Assembly (NCBI RefSeq): GCF_000012925.1
Contig: NC_007517.1
Location: 1,530,001-1,562,000, forward strand
Length of the DNA stretch: 32,000 nucleotides
Direction: 5' to 3'
Origin: Geobacter metallireducens GS-15
Lineage (GTDB): Bacteria > Desulfobacterota > Desulfuromonadia > Geobacterales > Geobacteraceae
Positions 24,093 through 32,000 of this stretch are shown here, piece by piece (positions within the stretch are counted from its first letter, which is position 1; each line of letters starts with the position of its first letter). Both the position numbers and the translations under genes were made by a program. Under the pieces are notes generated by a model. The model did not search any database. It saw nothing but the letters and a program-made list of their open reading frames with translations, and was not told the origin of the DNA.

Positions 24093-25061
24093 ATGCACAT
24101 ATTCAGGAGCATTGAAGAGATAGCGGAGAAGCTTCCCAATGCCGTGGTAACCATTGGCAACTTCGACGGGGTTCACCTGGGGCACCGGGAGATCTTCCGG
24201 CGGGTTAAGCGGGAGGCGGCGGCCATTGGCGGCGTGTCCCTGGTCATCACCTTCATTCCCCACCCCATTAAGATGCTGGGAGTGAAGAAAGGGTTCCGCC
24301 TGATCAGTACCTATGCCGAGAAGGAGACCCTCCTGGAGGCATCGGGGATCGACTATCTCCTGATCATTCCCTTCACCGGGGAGTTCGCCTCCATCAGTGC
24401 CGAGCGGTTCGTGCGGGATATCCTCGTGGGGACCATCGGGGTCCGCAAGCTCATCATCGGGTATGACTATGCCTTCGGCAAAAACCGCCAAGGGGATGTG
24501 ACGATGCTCCGCCGCATGGGGGAAGAGTTGGGCTTCACGGTGGACATGCTCGAACCGATAACCTCCGGCGACCTCGTCTACAGCAGCACCGCTGTGCGGC
24601 AGATGGTCGCCGAGGGTGATGTGCGGGGGGTGGTCCGGCTCCTGGGGCGCCATTTCTCCGTGGGGGGAACGGTGGTCCACGGCCGTCAGCGGGGGAAGGG
24701 GCTTGGGTTTCCGACCGCAAATCTCCAGACCGACAAGGAGCTGATTCCCAAACCCGGCGTCTACGCCGTAAAGGTGAAGGTCGAAGAGACCACCTATGAC
24801 GGGGCGTGCAATATCGGCGACAACCCCACTTTCGGCAACGGGAGCCTCTCCATCGAGGTGTTCATCTTCGATTTCGACGGAGATATCTACGGGCGCGAGG
24901 TGCGGCTCTACTTCGTGGACCGGATCAGGGACGAGGTGACGTTTCCCAATCCCCAGGTCCTCCAGGAGGCCATCGCCCGTGACGTGGCGCGGTGCCGGGA
25001 GCTTTTGCGCGACGTTGCCATCATCGAGTACCAGGAGTACCTGGCAGAGGAAGCCCCGTGA
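24093..25061 (+). CDS. ribF: bifunctional riboflavin kinase / FMN adenylyltransferase
   Basis: 322 aa. VVTIGNFDGVHLGHREIF, ITFIPHP, GYDYAFGKNRQG, HGRQRGKGLGFPTANL, NIGDNPTFG. Confidence 0.95.
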   Translation: MHIFRSIEEIAEKLPNAVVTIGNFDGVHLGHREIFRRVKREAAAIGGVSLVITFIPHPIKMLGVKKGFRLISTYAEKETLLEASGIDYLLIIPFTGEFASISAERFVRDILVGTIGVRKLIIGYDYAFGKNRQGDVTMLRRMGEELGFTVDMLEPITSGDLVYSSTAVRQMVAEGDVRGVVRLLGRHFSVGGTVVHGRQRGKGLGFPTANLQTDKELIPKPGVYAVKVKVEETTYDGACNIGDNPTFGNGSLSIEVFIFDFDGDIYGREVRLYFVDRIRDEVTFPNPQVLQEAIARDVARCRELLRDVAIIEYQEYLAEEAP

Positions 25062-26068
25062 CCGCTCTCGCCGGCGACAAACGCCTCTGGCTCGGGATCG
25101 GGGTCAGTATTGCCCTGCTGGCGCTCCTCTTCCGCTCCGTCGACCCGGCGGAACTCATCCGGGCCTTTCGGGGGATCCAGGGAATCTGGCTCGTCCCCGC
25201 CGTTGTCTTTACCTTCCTCAGCTACCTCATGAGGGCGGTCCGCTGGAAGTACCTCCTCTCACCCCTCAAGCAGACCTCCTTCCCAAACCTTGTCTCCGCA
25301 ACCCTTATCGGGTACATGGCCAACAACCTCCTGCCGGCCCGGCTCGGGGAGCTGGTGCGGGCCTACGTTCTCGGAGAGCAGGAGGGGATCGGCACGGGGG
25401 CGGTGGTGGCGACCCTGGTCATCGACCGGCTGGCCGACGGTTTCACGGTGCTCCTTCTGCTGGTGACGGCCGTCTTCACTCTGCGTCTTCCGCCGGGGAG
25501 CGAAGCGGCCCAGCAGGGGCTCGTGGCGGGGGGGTACATCACCCTCGGGCTCTACCTGGCGGTCGTGGTCTTCCTGGTCCTCCTGAGGCGGAACACCATG
25601 GGGACCATCCGGCTCCTTGAGCGGCTTCTGAGGCCTTTTCCCGGTAAAATTGCCGAGAAGGTCATCCCCTTTCTCGGGGCGTTCATCGACGGGGCGCGGA
25701 TTACCCCCCACTGGAGGGAGCGGCTGGCCCTTGTGGCCTCGTCACTCGTCATCTGGGGGTTCGCGGTTTTCCCCATCCATTGCGTGCTCAAGGCCTTCGG
25801 GCTGAATTTTCCCATCCCTGTTTCGCTTTTTATCATGGTTCTCCTCGTTTTCGCCGTCATGGTCCCGGCCTCTCCCGGTTTCGTGGGGACCTACCACGCC
25901 GCGTGCGTGTACGGATTACTCGCCCTGGGGGTGCCGAGAGGGATGGCCTTGAGTGTGGCCATTGTCATTCATGGAATAAATTTTTTCCCCGTCATCGTTG
26001 TGGGACTTGCCTGCCTCTGGCGGGAGAACCTGTCGCTCTCGGCCCTTAGCAAGAAGGCGGTGCGGTGA
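25058..26068 (+). CDS. flippase-like polytopic membrane protein (LPG_synthase_TM / UPF0104 family)
   Basis: 336 aa from GTG 25058, which overlaps the ribF stop (GTGA). About eight TM segments. Family-typical RAVRWKYLL and LIGYMANNLLPARLGELVRAYVL. Confidence 0.7.
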   Translation: MTALAGDKRLWLGIGVSIALLALLFRSVDPAELIRAFRGIQGIWLVPAVVFTFLSYLMRAVRWKYLLSPLKQTSFPNLVSATLIGYMANNLLPARLGELVRAYVLGEQEGIGTGAVVATLVIDRLADGFTVLLLLVTAVFTLRLPPGSEAAQQGLVAGGYITLGLYLAVVVFLVLLRRNTMGTIRLLERLLRPFPGKIAEKVIPFLGAFIDGARITPHWRERLALVASSLVIWGFAVFPIHCVLKAFGLNFPIPVSLFIMVLLVFAVMVPASPGFVGTYHAACVYGLLALGVPRGMALSVAIVIHGINFFPVIVVGLACLWRENLSLSALSKKAVR

Positions 26069-26826
26069 TGGAGCACAGGCTCGCGTGGTATCCCACCCCC
26101 AGCTACCTGGTGAAGCGGAAGGCTATCGTTGAGTTTCTGGAGAAGGTGCCGGTGCGGCGGGTCCTTGAAGTGGGGTGCGGCGCCGGCGACCTTCTCCGGT
26201 TTCTTGCAGGGCGTGGTTACGCTGGTGTTGGGATCGACCTTTCGGCCGAAGCGGTGGCAGCGGCCCGGGCGATTGCGGACCTGTCCCGCTTTCGCGTGGA
26301 GCAGGCCGAGGTTGACGATGTGTCGGGAATCTTCGAGGTTGTGATTGCCTCGGAAGTCCTTGAGCACTGTCTCGATGACGTGGCTTTCCTCCGGAAGCTC
26401 CGCCGGAAGACGGCGGAAGGCGGGCGCCTGATTCTGACGGTGCCGGCCCGCATGGCCAAGTGGGGTGCCAATGACGAGTTGTGCGGCCATTTACGCCGCT
26501 ACGAGCGGGAGGAACTTCGAGCACGGCTTGTGGAAGCAGGATTTGAACCCCTCACCGTCGTTTCCTACGGGGTGCCGATTTACAATTTGATGAAGCCATT
26601 TTACGATCGGGCCGTTGTGGGGAAGGTGACAGAGGTGGAGCTGCTGGAGAGACGGACTGAAAAGAGTGGCGGGATGCGGTTGCTGCCGAGGCTCGGCGGA
26701 CTCTTCGCACTTCTCTTTAACGACGTGACCATGTACCCGTTTTACCTTATTCAAAGGCTCTTTTACCGAACCGATCTCGGTAACGGTTATGTGGCGGTTG
26801 CTCTGAATCCGCGTGGAGAGGGGTAG
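26068..26826 (+). CDS. class I SAM-dependent methyltransferase
   Basis: Motif I VLEVGCGAGDL, GIDLS, motif II FEVVIASEVLEH, motif III GGRLILTVP. ATG 26068 shares one base with the upstream stop (TGATG); GTG 26065 is an alternative. Confidence 0.85.
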   Translation: MEHRLAWYPTPSYLVKRKAIVEFLEKVPVRRVLEVGCGAGDLLRFLAGRGYAGVGIDLSAEAVAAARAIADLSRFRVEQAEVDDVSGIFEVVIASEVLEHCLDDVAFLRKLRRKTAEGGRLILTVPARMAKWGANDELCGHLRRYEREELRARLVEAGFEPLTVVSYGVPIYNLMKPFYDRAVVGKVTEVELLERRTEKSGGMRLLPRLGGLFALLFNDVTMYPFYLIQRLFYRTDLGNGYVAVALNPRGEG

Positions 26827-26832
26827 ACGGCG

Positions 26833-28692
26833 ATGTTTTCATCTTTTTTTAGACGGGTTGATCCCTTTGCGGTGCTGGCAGTGACAGTACCGCTCGCCAT
26901 CTATCTCCTGACCCTCGCCCCGTCGGTCACCTTTTTCGACAGCGGCGAATTCATCACCGCTATCCATTCCCTCGGCACAGCCCATTCGCCGGGCTATCCC
27001 TTCTTCGTCAACTACGCCAAACCGTTCACCTGGCTCCCCTTCGGGAACATCGCCTTCCGCGTCAATATCGCCACGGCGGTTTCGGCGGCTGCAGCCTGCT
27101 ATGGAGCGTACCTTCTGGTGCTGGTCATGCTTCCCGGCGGGGATGCCGACGGCGCTGCGATGCCGCGCTACGTTGCCCGGGGATGCGCCCTCGCCGCGGC
27201 CCTGGCCTTTGCCTTCTCGGCCCGCCTCTGGCTCCAGTCGAACCATGACAAGCCCTATCCCCTGGTCTCGTTCATCGTCGCCGTGGTTTTCTGGGCGCTG
27301 CTCCGCTTCCGTACGCGCTACGACGAAGGGGAGGAATGTCCCCACTACGTCTATCTCGGGGCATTCCTCTGCGGACTTGCCACCGGCGCCCACCAGACAA
27401 TCATCCTCATGCTGCCGTCCTTTGCCTGGCTCATTATCTCCAAGGATTGGCGGCTCCTGGGGAGGGTAAAGGAATTCCTCATCGCCGTCGCCTTTGGCCT
27501 GCTCGGGTTTGCCATCCAGCTTCATATGCCGGTTCGAGCCTTGAAGAATCCTCTCCTCAACTGGGGAGATCCCCGGACATTGGATCAATTTCTCTGGAAT
27601 CTGCTCCGCAAGGGATATCCCAGCGACCCTCCAGTTCGGGATCTGACGCTACTCTGGCAACAACTGTGCGCCTTCAACGTGCCGTCGGAGTTTACCTGGG
27701 TGGGAATCGGCCTCCTGGTGCTGGGGCTTGTGGTCAGTTGCCGGAGGCGGCGGGATGAGGTGATTGCCTACTTTCTCGGTATCGGCACCTCGCTTGTTGT
27801 CATCGTGGGTCACTTTAATGCGCAGGCTGACCTGATCTTCCTTACCGAAGAGTTTTTCACCCCCCTCTATCTTCTCTCCGCCGTTTTCATCGGGGTGGGA
27901 CTGTTCTGGCTTCTGCGGCGGGCCGTCGACAGTATTCAAGTCGAAAAATTGACGTCGGTGCCGATAAAGGTACTCGTCCTGGTTTTTACCCTGATGCTCC
28001 CTGGGACCATCTGCGCCCTCAACTACTACGAGAACGACCAGCATGACAATTATGTGGCCTTCGACTACGCCACGAATACCTTCCGGTCGCTCCCACATAA
28101 TACCGCTCTATTCACCTGGGGGGACAGCGGCGCCTTCCCTCTCTGGTATCTCCAGGGGGTCGAACGGATGCGGGAGGACCTGGATCTGCTCCACACGCCA
28201 CATCTGGTCTTCCGGTGGTATCTGGATGCCTTTCCCCACCTCTTCGGCCAGAGCATGCTGCGGGCCGTGCCCGAAGACGCCCAGTCGGCCGAGTCGGCCC
28301 TGAAGATGGCAGTGGCCGAACAGATTGGTCGCAGGCCGGTCTTTATCGATTTCTCCACCCGCTACTCGCTCCCCTTTGCCGAGTACGGCATGCAGCAGCG
28401 GGGGATTGCCTACCGCCTGATCCAGGGAGGGAAGGATACGGTCTACCCCCCTGACCTCTCTGTCTGGGGTCTCTACAGCAGCCGGGGCTACACGAGCCAG
28501 ATGGGGTTCCGGGATCTCGACACGGGGAAGGCAATCCTGATCTATGCCATGGCAAGGCTTGAGGGGGGAGAGATTTTGCTGCGGACGGGATACCGTTCCC
28601 CGGGGGTGGAAGAACTGCGCCTGGCCGCCGCCATCGCGCCAGAACTGAGGGGTCAGGTGGAGCAGATGCTCGGCGCGTACGGGGTGAGGTGA
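26833..28692 (+). CDS. DUF2723 (TMEM260-like) GT-C-fold membrane glycosyltransferase
   Basis: 619 aa. N-terminal polytopic region with the DUF2723 signature TFFDSGEFITAIHSLGTAHSPGYPFF, then a C-terminal soluble domain. Starts 6 nt after the methyltransferase gene. Confidence 0.8.
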   Translation: MFSSFFRRVDPFAVLAVTVPLAIYLLTLAPSVTFFDSGEFITAIHSLGTAHSPGYPFFVNYAKPFTWLPFGNIAFRVNIATAVSAAAACYGAYLLVLVMLPGGDADGAAMPRYVARGCALAAALAFAFSARLWLQSNHDKPYPLVSFIVAVVFWALLRFRTRYDEGEECPHYVYLGAFLCGLATGAHQTIILMLPSFAWLIISKDWRLLGRVKEFLIAVAFGLLGFAIQLHMPVRALKNPLLNWGDPRTLDQFLWNLLRKGYPSDPPVRDLTLLWQQLCAFNVPSEFTWVGIGLLVLGLVVSCRRRRDEVIAYFLGIGTSLVVIVGHFNAQADLIFLTEEFFTPLYLLSAVFIGVGLFWLLRRAVDSIQVEKLTSVPIKVLVLVFTLMLPGTICALNYYENDQHDNYVAFDYATNTFRSLPHNTALFTWGDSGAFPLWYLQGVERMREDLDLLHTPHLVFRWYLDAFPHLFGQSMLRAVPEDAQSAESALKMAVAEQIGRRPVFIDFSTRYSLPFAEYGMQQRGIAYRLIQGGKDTVYPPDLSVWGLYSSRGYTSQMGFRDLDTGKAILIYAMARLEGGEILLRTGYRSPGVEELRLAAAIAPELRGQVEQMLGAYGVR

Positions 28693-28695
28693 GCC

Positions 28696-29556
28696 ATGGA
28701 TATCACGGGAAAGACACGGGTGCTTGGCATTATCGGCTGGCCGGTGGCCCATTCCCTGTCGCCGCTCATGCAGAACGCCGCCCTGGAGGCCATGGGGCTC
28801 GACTGGATCTACGTTCCCTTCGCCGTGCGCCCGGAAGACCTCGCCAGTGCCGTGGCGGGACTCAGGACCCTTGGCGTTTCCGGATTCAACGTGACCATCC
28901 CCCACAAGACCGCCATCATCCCCCTTCTTGACCGTATTACCCCCGAGGCGCGCCTCATGGGGGCGGTCAACACGGTGAAACGGGAAGGGGATGATCTTGT
29001 GGGTTACAATACCGACGGTGAGGGCTTCATCCGGTCCCTGGCGGAAGACCTCGGGTTTGTCCCGGCCGGAAGGCGCATCCTTGTCCTGGGAGCTGGGGGA
29101 GCGGCCCGGGCTGCTGTGGCATCACTGGCCCGGGGAGGGGCCGCTACCGTCATGATTGCCAACCGGAGCGTGGCCAGGGGGGAGGAGCTGGTGGAAGCAT
29201 TTCAAGGTGTGTTTGGCGGCACGCAATTTGCTGCAATGCCTCTCGATATCCCCCTGATCAATGCAGAAGTCCAAAATTTTGACTTGCTCGTTAATACCAC
29301 GTCCGTGGGGATGGGGGAAACCGCATTCGAAGGGCTCGATATCTCGCGCATGAACCCCGCTGCTTCCGTGTACGACATGGTCTATGCCCCCTGGGAAACA
29401 CCGCTTCTTGCCGAGGCATCCCGGGGGGGGAGGCGGTGCGCGAACGGGATCGGCATGCTTGTGGCGCAGGGTGAGTGCGCCCTTGCCATCTGGACCGGCA
29501 TGGAGCCGCCACCCGGCATCATGAGGAGACGTGTTCTGGCAGCCCTGAAGCGCTAA
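28696..29556 (+). CDS. aroE: shikimate 5-dehydrogenase
   Basis: 286 aa. GIIGWPVAHSLSPLMQNAA, GFNVTIPHK, GAVNT, GYNTDGEGF, LGAGGAARA. Confidence 0.95.
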   Translation: MDITGKTRVLGIIGWPVAHSLSPLMQNAALEAMGLDWIYVPFAVRPEDLASAVAGLRTLGVSGFNVTIPHKTAIIPLLDRITPEARLMGAVNTVKREGDDLVGYNTDGEGFIRSLAEDLGFVPAGRRILVLGAGGAARAAVASLARGGAATVMIANRSVARGEELVEAFQGVFGGTQFAAMPLDIPLINAEVQNFDLLVNTTSVGMGETAFEGLDISRMNPAASVYDMVYAPWETPLLAEASRGGRRCANGIGMLVAQGECALAIWTGMEPPPGIMRRRVLAALKR

Positions 29557-29563
29557 CCACTTC

Positions 29564-29592
29564 TTGACATTGGGGTTTTGCCACCCTACCAT
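29564..29592 (+). promoter_or_regulatory. candidate sigma70 promoter for pilB
   Basis: TTGACA (29564-29569), 17-nt spacer, TACCAT (29587-29592). About 28 nt upstream of the pilB ATG. Confidence 0.4.
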
Positions 29593-29619
29593 TACGGCGA
29601 CTTTTTCCGCGGAGAATCT

Positions 29620-31326
<1,707 letters not shown>

Positions 31327-31327
31327 A

Positions 31328-31448
31328 CACAATGTCATATTTGAGCGATCACGGCGTTGGCTCGGTCTCGGCTTCCTCAGCGTACTCTCAGTACGCCTCC
31401 GGAGCCTCAACCTCGCCGCCTTGTGCTCATCTCACATCTGACATTGTG
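31328..31448 (+). repeat. about 120-nt extended imperfect hairpin filling the pilB-pilT spacer
   Basis: Terminal 10-bp inverted repeat CACAATGTCA (31328-31337) / TGACATTGTG (31439-31448). Further collinear pairs (TGAGC/GCTCA, GGCG/CGCC, GTTG+GCTC/GAGC+CAAC). Apical perfect 7-bp hairpin GCGTACT-CTC-AGTACGC (31380-31396). Confidence 0.5.
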
Positions 31449-31465
31449 GAATGGAGAACACCATA

Positions 31466-32000
31466 ATGGCCAACATGCATCAGCTGCTCACGGAGCTCGT
31501 CAATCGTGGAGGGTCGGACCTCCATCTCACCACCAACTCTCCTCCCCAGATCCGGATCGACGGGAAACTGCTGCCCCTCGACATGCCACCCCTGAATGCG
31601 GTCGATACGAAGCAGCTCTGCTACAGCATCCTTACCGAGCAGCAGAAGCACAAGTTCGAGGAGAACAACGAGTTGGACCTCTCCTTCGGCATCAAGGGAC
31701 TGTCACGTTTCAGGGGTAACGTCTTTGTCCAGCGGGGGGCCGTGGCCGGGGTGTTCCGGGTTATTCCCTACAAGATCCTCTCCTTCGAGGAACTGGGGCT
31801 CCCGCCGGTGGTGAGGGAGTTGGCCGAGAAGCCCCGGGGCCTTGTCCTCGTCACCGGTCCCACCGGCAGCGGCAAGTCCACGACCCTGGCCGCCATTATC
31901 GACAAGATCAACACCGACCGCCACGAGCACATCGTCACCGTCGAGGATCCCATCGAGTACCTCCACCCCCACAAGAGCTGCGTGGTGAATCAGCGGGAGG
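31466..32000 (+). CDS. pilT: twitching-motility retraction ATPase PilT (3' end beyond the window)
   Basis: My own translation from ATG 31466 (GGAGA 8 nt upstream): MANMHQLLTELVNRGGSDLHLTTNSPPQIRIDGKL ... LVLVTGPTGSGKSTTLAAIID ... TVEDPIEY. The frame is open to the window end, which is why it is absent from the ORF track. Confidence 0.95.
   Translation, partial: MANMHQLLTELVNRGGSDLHLTTNSPPQIRIDGKLLPLDMPPLNAVDTKQLCYSILTEQQKHKFEENNELDLSFGIKGLSRFRGNVFVQRGAVAGVFRVIPYKILSFEELGLPPVVRELAEKPRGLVLVTGPTGSGKSTTLAAIIDKINTDRHEHIVTVEDPIEYLHPHKSCVVNQRE

Noticed and set aside
23340-24680. 446-aa minus-strand ORF across tatC and ribF
   Set aside because: Antisense to two unambiguous genes. Low-complexity acidic/His-rich translation.
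31346-31430. GEMM-I (c-di-GMP/cGAMP) riboswitch in the pilB-pilT spacer, considered because Geobacter has many and ACGCCTCCGGAGCC vaguely recalls the P2 region
   Set aside because: The conserved GGCAAACC-type P1/GNRA-tetraloop half is absent, and the region fits a single long hairpin better. Only cmscan could settle it, but nothing I can see supports it.

Overview
High-GC (about 60%) bacterial chromosomal window with 29 supportable protein-coding genes. I saw no rRNA, tRNA, CRISPR array, transposase or integrase. Gene content and order (RNase R, tatC, ribF, aroE-pilB-pilT at the right edge) recall Geobacter/Desulfuromonadales; that is recollection, not a search result. Left third (+ strand): two orphan genes, then a tightly coupled run dedA - trmJ-like - SemiSWEET - lemA - TPM - TPM. 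It converges on a minus-strand tolC-emrA-emrB-type efflux operon driven by a consensus sigma70 promoter, followed by a Slt70-like lytic transglycosylase. The most interesting part is 11.8-20.5 kb. A Cache-type histidine kinase and a response regulator with a non-canonical output domain are transcribed divergently, across a 579-bp AT-rich region carrying a repeated AAACTAA motif, from a seven-gene + strand cluster: DsbL-like oxidase (CPFC), DsbB/DsbI-like partner (CEQC), periplasmic arylsulfate sulfotransferase (ASST), TlpA-like thioredoxin (WCPYC), CcdA and an outer-membrane beta-barrel. The DsbL/DsbI/ASST core is a described system. The added reducing branch, outer-membrane channel and dedicated two-component system look like an undescribed extension. 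Right third (+ strand): rnr, a heavily structured 3' region, then tatC-ribF - flippase-like membrane protein - SAM methyltransferase - DUF2723 GT-C-type glycosyltransferase - aroE packed as one unit just upstream of pilB and pilT. The many long antisense ORFs in the track are treated as GC-driven artefacts.
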